32,000 nt of DNA from an uncultured Actinomycetota bacterium (GCA_963758775.1 CAVWWU010000010.1:1325346-1357345), one strand, 5' to 3'; counted from the first letter of the stretch, positions 21,614-30,226 are shown. Translations and numbers: made by a program. The notes: generated by a model from the letters alone, not told the origin.

Positions 21614-23485
21614 CTAGGTCAGCCCGTTCTTTCCTTTTGCGCCGATCAGTCCGCCGGTGCCTCCGGTGCCGGCAGTGCCCTCGGGGGTGCCGGGACCGGC
21701 GTTGCCGCCGTTCCCGCCAGCGCCGATCAGCGCCCCGCCGTTGCCGCCGTTGCCGCCGTCACCCCCGGCGCCGCTGGCGCCGAGTCCGCCGGCACCGCCA
21801 TTGCCGCCGCTGCTTTGAATAAGCCCACCGTTGCCGCCGTGGCCGCCGTCGCCGCCGGTGGTTGTGCCGTACCCGCCGGTGCCGCCGGCCCCGCCGTCGC
21901 CGGACAGCATCATGGCGTTGCCGCCGGCCCCGCCGTCACCGCCCGCGCCGTTGTTGCCGACCCCGCCGGTGCCGCCGGTCCCACCGGAGCCCACCAGCCC
22001 GCCGGTCCCGCCGGCCCCACCGGCTCCGCCGACCGAGCCGAGTCCGCCGGCGCCACCGGCGCCACCGGCCCCCAGCAGCCCGGCTGTTCCGCCCGCCCCG
22101 CCGTCACCGCCGGTGCCGGTGCCGCCGATCGCGGCGGAGCCGCCAGCACCGCCCGCGCCGCCGGTGCCGATGATGACCGCACCATTCCCGCCGCGACCGC
22201 CGTGACCGCCGGCGGTCTCGCCGAACCCGCCGAGCCCCCCGGTCCCGGCGTCGCCGTACAGCAGGGCGCCATTGCCGCCGGCGCCGCCGGCGCCGCCGGT
22301 CCCGTCTTGGCCGACCCCACCGGCCCCGCCTGCGCCGCCGTCGCCCCACAGGACCTGGCCGGCACCGCCGGCGCCGCCGGCCCCGCCGTTGATGCCGCCG
22401 AGCCCGCCGGCCCCGCCAGCCCCGCCGTCGCCGTACAGCACACCGCCTTGCCCGCCGGCCCCGCCTGCCCCGCCGGTAGTGCCGACGCTGGTCCCGCCGG
22501 CGCCGCCGGCGCCGCCGGACCCCACCAGCCCGCTGGTGCCGCCATGGCCACCGATACCGCCGAAGCTGTCAGTACCAAAGCCGCCGGCGCCGCCCGCGCT
22601 GCCGTTGCCGGTGAACAACGCACCATTGCCGCCGCGGCCGCCGTCTCCACCGGTGGCTTCGCCGAGCCCGCCGACGCCGCCCACCCCGCCGTCGCCGAAC
22701 ATAAAGCTGGCGTTGCGTCCGGCCCCGCCGGCCCCGCCCGCCCCGCCTTGGCCGGTCCCGCCCGCGCCGCCGGCCCCGCCGTCGCCGAACACCAGCCCGC
22801 CGGCCCCACCTGCCCCGCCGGCTCCGCCGTTGAGGGCGCCGAGGCCGCCGATCCCGCCGGCCCCACCTGCGCCCCACAGCAGCCCGCTGGCTCCGCCGGA
22901 TCCGCCTTTGCCACCGTTGCCGGTGGAGCTGGTGCCGCCGTCCCCACCGGCACCGCCGTAACCCCAAAGCCCGGCGGCCCCGCCGTTGCCGCCGTTCTGG
23001 CCGACCCCGTTCGCCCCGGACCCGCCGGCGCCGCCGTTGCCGTACAGCCAGCCCCCGGGTGCGCCGTTTTCTCCGGTGCCCGGAGCTCCGTTGGCGCCGT
23101 TGCCGATCAGCGGGCGCCCGGTGAGCGCCATGCTGGGGGCATTGACCGCGTGGAGCAGATCGTGCTGAATCGTGGCCGCCGGATTGCCTTTGAACGCAGC
23201 AACATTGGCGGCCTCGGCGCCGACATAGGATTGCGTGCTCGTGGTCAAGGTCTGCACGAACTCCGAATGAAACGCCGCCGCCTGCGCGCCGAGCGCCTCG
23301 AAGCCCTTGCCGTGGGTGGAGAAGACCGCCGCGATGGCCGCCGACACCTCGTCCTCGGCCGCGGCCAGCACCCCGGTCGTGCGGGTGGCCGCGGCGGCGT
23401 TTGCTGCGCTGAGCCTTGAGCCGAGACCGGCTAAATCTGTTGCTGCCGTGCTCAACATCTCCGGCACTGCAATTACCAACGACAT
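21614..23485 (-). CDS. PE_PGRS family protein
   Basis: GGGAGG-N6-ATG at 23485. PE domain is [56 protein letters not shown]. About 500 aa of GGAGG/GGNGG repeats follow. The ORF-track extension to 23986 overlaps the VOC gene and is rejected. Confidence 0.9.
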   Translation of the reverse strand: MSLVIAVPEMLSTAATDLAGLGSRLSAANAAAATRTTGVLAAAEDEVSAAIAAVFSTHGKGFEALGAQAAAFHSEFVQTLTTSTQSYVGAEAANVAAFKGNPAATIQHDLLHAVNAPSMALTGRPLIGNGANGAPGTGENGAPGGWLYGNGGAGGSGANGVGQNGGNGGAAGLWGYGGAGGDGGTSSTGNGGKGGSGGASGLLWGAGGAGGIGGLGALNGGAGGAGGAGGLVFGDGGAGGAGGTGQGGAGGAGGAGRNASFMFGDGGVGGVGGLGEATGGDGGRGGNGALFTGNGSAGGAGGFGTDSFGGIGGHGGTSGLVGSGGAGGAGGTSVGTTGGAGGAGGQGGVLYGDGGAGGAGGLGGINGGAGGAGGAGQVLWGDGGAGGAGGVGQDGTGGAGGAGGNGALLYGDAGTGGLGGFGETAGGHGGRGGNGAVIIGTGGAGGAGGSAAIGGTGTGGDGGAGGTAGLLGAGGAGGAGGLGSVGGAGGAGGTGGLVGSGGTGGTGGVGNNGAGGDGGAGGNAMMLSGDGGAGGTGGYGTTTGGDGGHGGNGGLIQSSGGNGGAGGLGASGAGGDGGNGGNGGALIGAGGNGGNAGPGTPEGTAGTGGTGGLIGAKGKNGLT

Positions 23486-23546
23486 CTGGAACCTCCCAGG
23501 GCGAAGGCCCGAATCGTATCCCCTCAGCCCGATGGCGTGCGGCAAT

Positions 23547-23915
23547 TCACGCGCGGTCGTGGAGGGTGAGCTGATAGCCGTCGGGGTCGGCGAAGGTGAA
23601 TGTCCGACCGAAGGGGCCGTCGATCGGTGCGGACACGATGGCGTGACCGTCGGCGACCAGGGCGTCGTGAATGCCCTGGACGTTGGTGGCGTGCAGCCAG
23701 ATCGCGGTACCGATGCCGGGCTGAGTAACGGACGCGAGATCGCTGCCGGGAATGACGTCGCGCAGCGCGAACGCGATCGGCCTCGTGTCGAAGACGACGG
23801 CGTGCGGAGGACCGGCGTCCGAGCGGACCAGGCCGAGGTAGTGCTCGTAGAACGCCTGCGATGCGTCGAGGTCGCGCGCCTGCAGTGAGATGAAGTCGGG
23901 GCCGGTGACTGCCAT
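23547..23915 (-). CDS. VOC (glyoxalase/bleomycin-resistance/dioxygenase) family protein
   Basis: AGGAG-N7-ATG at 23915. Sequence [21 protein letters not shown] ... [14 protein letters not shown] is typical of single-domain VOC proteins. Confidence 0.85.
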   Translation of the reverse strand: MAVTGPDFISLQARDLDASQAFYEHYLGLVRSDAGPPHAVVFDTRPIAFALRDVIPGSDLASVTQPGIGTAIWLHATNVQGIHDALVADGHAIVSAPIDGPFGRTFTFADPDGYQLTLHDRA

Positions 23916-23935
23916 GATAACGCTCCTTCGATACG

Positions 23936-23979
23936 TGTCAGTTTTCTGACATAGCCAATGTATGTCAGAATACTGACAT
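23936..23979. promoter_or_regulatory. Two perfect TGTCAG-N4-CTGACA palindromes (probable MarR operators) in the VOC/MarR divergent intergenic region
   Basis: Site 1 is TGTCAGttttCTGACA at 23936-23951. Site 2 is aTGTCAGaataCTGACAt at 23962-23979. Centres are 27 bp apart, and site 2 overlaps the marR ATG at 23978. Confidence 0.6.
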
Positions 23980-24436
23980 GAGTCAAGACGGTGCCGGCGT
24001 CGATCTGGAGACGTCACTGGGTTACCTGCTCAAAGAGGCGTCGAGCGTCCTGCGCGCAGCGATGGAGGAGGTGCTGCGGCCGCTCGGGATGAGCGTGACG
24101 CAGTACTCCTGTCTGGAGCTGCTGGCCCAACGCCCGGGCTTGTCGAACTCCGAACTGGCGCGGGGCGCGTTCGTGACACGACAGTCGATGAATGTTCTGC
24201 TGCAGGCCCTGGAACGGGAGGGCCACGTGACCAGGCCCGCGGAGGCGCCCGTCGGGAAGGCTCTTCCCGCACGGCTCACGCCTCGCGGCCGACGGAGCCT
24301 GGAGAAGGCGAGCGCGGCCGTCCGGTCCGTCGAAGTCAGAATGCTGGCCGGCATGACCGACGCCGAGCAGTCAACCGCGTTCCGGAGCCTGCAGAGCATG
24401 ATCCATTCCTTGCGCGATGGCAACGACGGCTCTTAA
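23978..24436 (+). CDS. MarR family transcriptional regulator
   Basis: Winged-HTH layout: [73 protein letters not shown]. Confidence 0.9.
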   Translation: MSQDGAGVDLETSLGYLLKEASSVLRAAMEEVLRPLGMSVTQYSCLELLAQRPGLSNSELARGAFVTRQSMNVLLQALEREGHVTRPAEAPVGKALPARLTPRGRRSLEKASAAVRSVEVRMLAGMTDAEQSTAFRSLQSMIHSLRDGNDGS

Positions 24437-24724
24437 TTCGAGCCCTATGAGCGGCGGTAATTATGGAGCCGATGACGGGAAGCGAATCCGCGTATTGAGC
24501 TTGGGACGTATTTTCGAGGTCCGAACATGCATGCGGACACTTCCGCGGGGCTCTGACCAGCGACAGTGAGGGGACTGCGGCATAACCACGAAATTGCATA
24601 AATGCTCATGTCTGCGCGCGATCGGCAACCGTTCACTACGATCTGAATCCGTGTCGTCCCCGATTAGCTGGTCTCACCCAGCGAATGTCAGTCCGCTTTT
24701 TCTTCTCCGAGATGGTGGTGACCG

Positions 24725-25624
24725 ATGACCGTTGAAACCCCGCCCACACACGCCGCTTCGCCACCAAAGAAGCGATCACGCCTGGTACTCGGCATGGGCG
24801 TTCTCATCGCTTTCGTTGTGGTCTACGGCTTGTCGTTGTTCGGCTTTCATCTGCTGGGCCAATCTGCGGCGCCCCTTAAGGCCCCGGATCTCAACGCGGC
24901 CGACGACACTGTCGTCCTGGTACGCCTCGAGGAGCTCAAGACCGTCGCCAATCGTCTCTCGGTGAAGGTGCTCGTGTACCCGAAGGAAGAGATGTGGGAC
25001 TCGCGCTTGGACGTCTTGAAGCAGGACACCGCGGTGCGCATGGATCCGCCGAACGACCTGGGCGACCTGGTCTATCCGGCGGGCAAGTCGCCCGCGCAGG
25101 TAAGCACCACGGTCGAGGCCCACGGCGACCCTGAGATCTGGCCCTTTGACTCGTACAGGACCGACACCCTCTCCGCCGACGTACTCGTCGGGTCTGGCGA
25201 TGACCGCAAGTACAAACCCGCCCGCGTTGAGGTGGCCGGAAAATTGGAAGGCTGGGACGTCAGCGTTCAGCGGGTCGGTGAAGGCGGTCAGGAGGTCGGC
25301 GGCGGCGACAGCGTGATCATCACTCTGCACAGGTCCAAGGCCCCGCTGATCTTCGATCTGGGAATCTGCCTGGTCCTCTTCGCCCTGGCCGGCCTGGCGT
25401 TGGCGGTCGTTGTTCCGATGGCGACCGGCAAGCGAAACTTGGTGCCTCCGTTCGGCGGGTGGTTCGCCGCGCTGCTGTTCGCGGTCATCCCCATCCGCAA
25501 CTTCTTGCCGGGGGCTCCACCGCCGGGTGCCTGGATCGACCAAGCACTGGTGATCTGGGTGCTGATCGCACTCGTCGCGGCGATGGTGATCTACATGCGC
25601 ACGTGGTACAAGAGATCCCAATGA
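24725..25624 (+). CDS. Membrane protein, DUF4436-like (N-terminal TM, extracytoplasmic domain, two C-terminal TMs)
   Basis: TM segments are LVLGMGVLIAFVVVYGLSLFGF, LIFDLGICLVLFALAGLALAVVV and ALVIWVLIALVAAMVIY. The family name is from recollection of similar ~300-aa actinobacterial proteins and is unverified. Confidence 0.7.
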   Translation: MTVETPPTHAASPPKKRSRLVLGMGVLIAFVVVYGLSLFGFHLLGQSAAPLKAPDLNAADDTVVLVRLEELKTVANRLSVKVLVYPKEEMWDSRLDVLKQDTAVRMDPPNDLGDLVYPAGKSPAQVSTTVEAHGDPEIWPFDSYRTDTLSADVLVGSGDDRKYKPARVEVAGKLEGWDVSVQRVGEGGQEVGGGDSVIITLHRSKAPLIFDLGICLVLFALAGLALAVVVPMATGKRNLVPPFGGWFAALLFAVIPIRNFLPGAPPPGAWIDQALVIWVLIALVAAMVIYMRTWYKRSQ

Positions 25625-25794
25625 CGGGAATCGAGCTCGCGATTCGAGCAGCGTCGAACCGCGACGACCTAATTCGTACCGCCCGTGGGAGTTCCCGTGA
25701 CTGATCTTCTGCGGCGGATGCGATAACGCGACGCTCAAAGGTTCTGGACGTCAACCACCCTTGACCGAGCATGCCCGATCCTCGCGCGTCGTTG

Positions 25795-26643
25795 TCAGGC
25801 CCGCGGCGCGCCGTTCAACGCCGCTGTCAGCCCGCCGTCGACGCGCACGTCGCACCCTGAGACGAAGGACGCCTTGTCCGAGCAGAGGAACGCGATGGCG
25901 TCGGCGATGTCGCTCACCAGGCCGGGCAGCACGATGTCGGGTGCCGATCGGTCGCCGCCGATGGGAGTCAGCTCGGCCATCCGCTGCTTGATCGGGTTGT
26001 TACGCAGTTCGAGCCGACCCATGGCGGTGTCGATGAGGCCCGGCGAGACCGACACCACGCGTCCGCCGCGCGCGCCCCACAGCACCGCCGCACGCTCGCA
26101 CAGCCGGATGACGCCCCGCTTCGCGAGGCGGTACGTGATGCCGGGATCGGGCTCGGCACCGGTGAGCGCTCGGTACCGCGCCTCGAGGCGCGCATCCAAC
26201 GGCTCGTCGAGCAGGGCGTCCATGCTCGGCTCGAACGGTCCCAGGTGACCGGCGAGCGAGGCCAGACACACCGCCACGCTTCCTGGTGTGGCACACGACA
26301 GAAACACGTCGAGCAGTCGCGCGGTCGCTACCAGATCGACGCGCAGGATGTCTGCCCACGGGGCCATCGACGGCGACAGACCCGCGGTGTGAACCAACGA
26401 CCGCAGACCGCCGAGCGCGTGTGTACGGGCAGCGAGCTCGTCGACGAACCCTGGCTCACTCAGGTCGCCTGCGAGCGAGCACACCGTTGCCGTCGTCTCC
26501 GAACCGATGCGCGCGGCAGTCGACGCCAGCCGGTCGGCATCGAGGTCCGTCAAAAGCACGACGTCGACCGTCGCCGCCAAGGCCGACGCGCAGGCCGCTC
26601 CCATGGCGCCCCCGCCGCCGGTCACGACGGATACCGTTGTCAC
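25795..26643 (-). CDS. Short-chain dehydrogenase/reductase (SDR)
   Basis: VVTGGGGAMG (TGxxxGxG), catalytic YRLAK (YxxxK), and C-terminal FLCSDKASFVSGCDVRVDGG. GTG start at 26643 overlaps the upstream TGA (GTGA). The ORF-track extension to 27027 is rejected. Confidence 0.85.
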   Translation of the reverse strand: MTTVSVVTGGGGAMGAACASALAATVDVVLLTDLDADRLASTAARIGSETTATVCSLAGDLSEPGFVDELAARTHALGGLRSLVHTAGLSPSMAPWADILRVDLVATARLLDVFLSCATPGSVAVCLASLAGHLGPFEPSMDALLDEPLDARLEARYRALTGAEPDPGITYRLAKRGVIRLCERAAVLWGARGGRVVSVSPGLIDTAMGRLELRNNPIKQRMAELTPIGGDRSAPDIVLPGLVSDIADAIAFLCSDKASFVSGCDVRVDGGLTAALNGAPRA

Positions 26644-27884
26644 GAAAGGAAACTCGCCGTGTTGTGCTCCCCTATCGTCGCCCGTTCGCTGCGGAGGCGT
26701 TGTTGCGCGTCTCGATGCTCGCGGTGATCGGGCTTCGTGGGCAGTGCGAACCCGGTGTAGGCGACGCGCCGCTCTTGACTGATCGGGTGGGTGGAGCGGT
26801 GCAACGCACACGACATGTGCACCGTGAGGTCGCCGCGGTCCGCCCGGAGACTGACGGCGGGGAGATCGAGGCCCGAATCGACTTGGGCCATAGCGATGTT
26901 CGCTCGGTGCGAGCCCGCCATGACGTCGAGCCCGCCGTGTGCTTCGTCGACGGGTGTCAGGCAGACGCCGACGGTCAGGCCCGAGCAGTACATCGAATGG
27001 CCGCCGCGTTGACAGTCCTTGTGCCACGGCAGACAGACCAGACCGTCGGTAGAGGCGACCTTCTTGACGAGACCCTCGGCCGTCACGTCGGCGAAGTGCT
27101 CGCCGAACGGATCGCCTGGCCGGTGGCCATCGCCGAGGAGGTCACCGATCGCGAGGTAGCGCGGGTCGGTGAAGAGGTCGCGAAGCGTCGGCGACCGGTC
27201 GGCGAAGTCCAGGATGCGGGTCGGGTAGCGTTCCCCGGAATCGGTTGAGGCCCACCATGACTGACCATCCTCGGGGTGGGCGGCAACGACCGCGTCGGCG
27301 AGTTCTGCATCGATCGCGTCGATCTCGGCGTCGCTGAACACGCCCTGAAGGAGCAGGAACCCGGCCTCAGCGAGGAAGTGTGCGGCCTCGTCCTGTCGGT
27401 CTCCGAGGCGGAACCGCTGATCGAGGTCGAGCGGTGAACCGTCGAGCGCCAGCAGGGTGACGTCGCGGGGCCGGTACACGCCGCGGCCGTCGAGCACGGA
27501 CCGGAGCACGGCGTCCCAGGAGAAGAACGCGCCGTTCGAATCGCCATCGCCGTCGACCCGCCCCGCGACGATCAGCCCGATCGCGGTTCGCTTCTCGCGG
27601 ACGAAATCGGCGAACGCGTCGCGGTCGAGCGAGACGCGAAGCGCGGTGCCAGTCCCGCCGCGAACTGCCTCGATGGTCCGGTCGCCGCGCCGTAGCGTCC
27701 AGACCTCGCCGTCGACCGCGATGGCAAGCGGCGGAAGGTCGAGGCACGCCGCGTCGGAGGCGGCACGCTCACCGTGCTTGGCGACGGCGCTCGTCCACTC
27801 CGCCTCCCAGAACGTCGCCGCGTCGACGACATCACCAGAGTCGCTCACCGGCCGGGTACGGGTGTCGACGCTTGGCCTCGGCAT
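26640..27884 (-). CDS. Phytanoyl-CoA dioxygenase (PhyH)-like Fe(II)/2-oxoglutarate oxygenase with a ~150-aa N-terminal extension, possibly SCP2-like
   Basis: GGGAG-N6-ATG at 27884. HxD motif is LPWHKDC. Distal His region is LTVHMSCALHRS. The N-terminal block ALRVSLDRDAFADFVREKRTAIGLIVAGRVDGDGDSNGAFFSW resembles SCP2 sterol-carrier domains. Confidence 0.8.
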   Translation of the reverse strand: MPRPSVDTRTRPVSDSGDVVDAATFWEAEWTSAVAKHGERAASDAACLDLPPLAIAVDGEVWTLRRGDRTIEAVRGGTGTALRVSLDRDAFADFVREKRTAIGLIVAGRVDGDGDSNGAFFSWDAVLRSVLDGRGVYRPRDVTLLALDGSPLDLDQRFRLGDRQDEAAHFLAEAGFLLLQGVFSDAEIDAIDAELADAVVAAHPEDGQSWWASTDSGERYPTRILDFADRSPTLRDLFTDPRYLAIGDLLGDGHRPGDPFGEHFADVTAEGLVKKVASTDGLVCLPWHKDCQRGGHSMYCSGLTVGVCLTPVDEAHGGLDVMAGSHRANIAMAQVDSGLDLPAVSLRADRGDLTVHMSCALHRSTHPISQERRVAYTGFALPTKPDHREHRDAQQRLRSERATIGEHNTASFLS

Positions 27885-27924
27885 GACGCACTCCCACCAG
27901 TAGGCTTTAAGGCAAGTGCCTCAG

Positions 27925-27964
27925 ATAATAATCAACTTGACCTAGTCAGGCAACGGGTTTATGT
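27925..27964. promoter_or_regulatory. Divergent promoter/operator region between the PhyH-SDR and CMD-TetR operons
   Basis: Minus strand: TTGCCT (27953-27948), N17, TATTAT (27930-27925). Plus strand: TTGACC (27937-27942), N16, TATGTT (27959-27964). An imperfect palindrome CTTGACctaGTCAGG (27936-27950) overlaps both -35 boxes. The region is AT-rich. Confidence 0.4.
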
Positions 27965-28749
27965 TTCGTCGCGTGAGCGAGTGGGCGGATCGCGACGAGC
28001 GCCAGCGGGTCGCGATGGCGGAATACGAACACGTCATGCGTTCTCCGGCGCCCGCACCGATCGGTGCGTACATCGAAAGCGGCGTGATCGGTTTCGTCTT
28101 CGGCGAGATGTGGCGACGGGGCGTGCTCACCCCGCGGGATCGTCGCTGGATCACCCTCGCCTGTGTCGGCATGGCGGACGCGGCGCTCCCGATGGAGACC
28201 CACTGCTACGCCGCACTGAAGAGCGGCGAGGTGACCAAGGAAGAGTTCGACGAGTTCCTGCTCTTCTTCGGCACCCAGGCGGGTTGGCCCAAAGGATCGG
28301 CCATGCAGATCCACATGCTCGCCGCCTTCGCCAAGGTCGCCGACGAAGCGGGCGAACCCATGACCTTCGCGAGCTTTGTCCCGTGGGCCGACCCCGTTGC
28401 CGACGACGTTCGGCGCGCGCGGGGCGAGGCCGCATATGCGGCGGTGCATGGCGTGGCCCCTCAACTGCCACGCACCGCGTTCGCCGGCGCGGACCTCGAC
28501 TACCTGTACGGAGAGGTCTGGAGCCGCGACGAGTACCTCACCCCACGGGATAGGCGGCTGGTCGCCATCGCGTGCAGCGCGGCCATCGGGATCGACGCGG
28601 AGACGACCGATCAACTCGAATCCGCCTTGCGCAGCGGCGATCTCACGTTCGAGGAGCTACAAGAGGTCGTGGTGCACGTCGCGGTCTATCTCGGTTGGAT
28701 CGTCGCGCGTCGCCTCGATCGCCTGTTGGTCGCGGCAGAGGGTTCGTGA
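27961..28749 (+). CDS. Carboxymuconolactone decarboxylase (CMD/AhpD-like) family protein with two tandem CMD domains
   Basis: There are two repeats of the CMD pattern. Repeat 1 is GEMWRRGVLTPRDRRWITLA...EEFDEFLLFFGTQAGWPKG. Repeat 2 is GEVWSRDEYLTPRDRRLVAIA...EELQEVVVHVAVYLGWIVA. An alternative start at ATG 28015 applies if the plus-strand promoter call is right. Confidence 0.8.
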   Translation: MFRRVSEWADRDERQRVAMAEYEHVMRSPAPAPIGAYIESGVIGFVFGEMWRRGVLTPRDRRWITLACVGMADAALPMETHCYAALKSGEVTKEEFDEFLLFFGTQAGWPKGSAMQIHMLAAFAKVADEAGEPMTFASFVPWADPVADDVRRARGEAAYAAVHGVAPQLPRTAFAGADLDYLYGEVWSRDEYLTPRDRRLVAIACSAAIGIDAETTDQLESALRSGDLTFEELQEVVVHVAVYLGWIVARRLDRLLVAAEGS

Positions 28750-29414
28750 TGCTGAGCTCGTCGCTCGGATCAACGCCGTCGACCAAGGAAACGCTGGTGC
28801 TGGTCGCCGAGCGATTGTTCGCCGCACACGGCATCGACGGGGTGTCGACGCGACAGATCCTGCAGGAGGCGGGCGTCGCCAACAACTCGGCCGTGACCTA
28901 TTACTTCGAGTCGAAGGCGGGGCTTGTTCGGGCGATCGTCGACTACCGGGCGCCGTATCTCGCCGAACGCCGACGGTTGTTGTGGTCGCAGGCGCCGCCC
29001 GGAGAGCTGCGGGCAGGGATCGAGGCTCAGTTCCTCCCCGTCGCCGAGGTCGCCGAGTTCGAGGACAGCCACTACATGACGTTCCTCGAGCAACTCGACC
29101 TGCGGGGTTCGAACCAACCGACGTTCCAGCAGCTGCCCGCGGGTGCGGTCGACAGCTACCGCGACTACACGGACCGCATCGGAGCGCTGCTACCCCAGGT
29201 GCCGGAGCCCACGCTCTCGCGACGGCTGCTGCACGCAACGAGCCTGAGCCTGCGTGCGTGCGCCGCGCGAGAGCGGGGTCGTCACCGAGGGATCCAGCAG
29301 ATCCCGCTGGCGCTTCACGTCAATGAGTTGTTCGACGTCTTGATCGGCGTTCTCACCGCCGAGGTGTCGGAGCAGACACTCAGGGCGCTGTCGAACGGGT
29401 CGCCTTACCCGTAG
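28749..29414 (+). CDS. TetR/AcrR family transcriptional regulator
   Basis: HTH is TLVLVAERLFAAHGIDGVSTRQILQEAGVANNSAVTYYFESKAGL. The ATG shares its A with the upstream TGA (TGATG), so the two genes are translationally coupled. Confidence 0.85.
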   Translation: MLSSSLGSTPSTKETLVLVAERLFAAHGIDGVSTRQILQEAGVANNSAVTYYFESKAGLVRAIVDYRAPYLAERRRLLWSQAPPGELRAGIEAQFLPVAEVAEFEDSHYMTFLEQLDLRGSNQPTFQQLPAGAVDSYRDYTDRIGALLPQVPEPTLSRRLLHATSLSLRACAARERGRHRGIQQIPLALHVNELFDVLIGVLTAEVSEQTLRALSNGSPYP

Positions 29415-29429
29415 GTCCGGTGGTTGAGC

Positions 29430-29639
29430 TTGGGGTTGGTGGGTCGTGGTCCACTGTATGGCGAATTCGGTTGGGGTGAGGTCGCCGTGGGCGGAGTGGA
29501 GTCTGTTGGCGTTGTAGTCGCGGCGCCAGTCTTTGGCGTGCAGCCTGCCGTTAAATGACTCGATCCAGGCGTTCTGCCAGGGTGAGCCGGGATCGATGAT
29601 TAGTGGTGTCAAACCGACGATGAGGCGGGAGTAGCTGCA
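29430..29639 (-). mobile_element. Remnant of an IS transposase: C-terminal part of a DDE/rve integrase core (IS3/IS481-like), N-terminally truncated
   Basis: ...LIIDPGSPWQNAWIESFNGRL-HAK-DWRRDYNANRLHSAHGDLTPTEFA. The usual ~20 aa between FNGRL and DWR appear to be missing. No catalytic N-terminal part and no inverted repeats were identified. Confidence 0.6.
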
Positions 29640-29658
29640 TTATTGCTATCGTCCGGCG

Positions 29659-30186
29659 TTACTCGGCCGGCCAATGGATTCCGGCGATTGTCGCCAGCAG
29701 TCGGAGCATGCGGGCATCTTTTTCGGCAGGGACCGAAGAGGCGCTGAGCTCGGGAAATTGGCTGTGGAACGACGTCGGGCGATCGATGTCGATCCTGGTG
29801 TTTTCGCCGTCGCGCTGAGATACACAAAACCGCACCGGCGCCCCCAAGCCTGCAACCCCGGAGTACCGGAACAGACCCTGGCCGGTGATGACGCTGCCGA
29901 TCAGATAAAGCTTGGACTCAGTCGCAATGCCGCCAGGCCGCATCAGTGCACCCATGTCCAGCTGGAAGAACATTCCGAATCCGGTTGAGCCGTCTACCTG
30001 TTTGGCGTACGCGATGAACTTCTGCGGGTCGCCCGCGGCGGCTAGGTTGCTGAGCTTGTCGAGGTCGTAGGGCGCAAACATGCGCTCGACTTCAGCGGTG
30101 ACTTCGGCGAACGGCTTTTTCGACCGCATCGTGATGAGTTCAACGGTGAAGTCGGATTCCGTGATCTGTTCTTCCTGCAGCGCCAC
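29659..30186 (-). CDS. Hypothetical protein, possibly DUF302-like
   Basis: G/C-rich third positions. The pattern ...GFGMFFQLDMGALM...SKLYLIGSVITGQGLF...GLGAPVRFCVSQRDGENTRIDIDRPTS recalls DUF302. The family call is weak. GTG start. Confidence 0.5.
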   Translation of the reverse strand: MALQEEQITESDFTVELITMRSKKPFAEVTAEVERMFAPYDLDKLSNLAAAGDPQKFIAYAKQVDGSTGFGMFFQLDMGALMRPGGIATESKLYLIGSVITGQGLFRYSGVAGLGAPVRFCVSQRDGENTRIDIDRPTSFHSQFPELSASSVPAEKDARMLRLLATIAGIHWPAE

Positions 30187-30226
30187 CGTGTCATCCTTCG
30201 TCGTGCGGTTTGGTCCGGGTACCAGG

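Noticed and set aside
21443-23419. 658-aa ORF on the + strand, plus several other long + strand ORFs at 21831-22961
   Set aside because: It is antisense to the PE_PGRS gene. The translation is monotonous Ala/Pro/Gly, the expected shadow of GGC/GCC-rich PGRS repeats. There is no start context and no domain.
23486-23986. N-terminal extension of ORF 21614..23986 (790 aa)
   Set aside because: The extension overlaps the well-supported VOC gene in another frame and is Ser/Thr/Pro/Arg-rich. The canonical PE start MSLVIAVPE, with GGGAGG-N6-ATG, is at 23485.
26644-27027. N-terminal extension of the SDR ORF (25795..27027, 410 aa)
   Set aside because: The extension is Arg/Pro-rich and overlaps the PhyH-like gene. 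The Rossmann motif begins right after GTG 26643, which overlaps the upstream stop (GTGA).
29103-29116. GGGGTTCGAACC, a tRNA T-loop-like motif
   Set aside because: It lies inside the TetR coding sequence and is a simple palindrome. There is no acceptor, D or anticodon arm around it.
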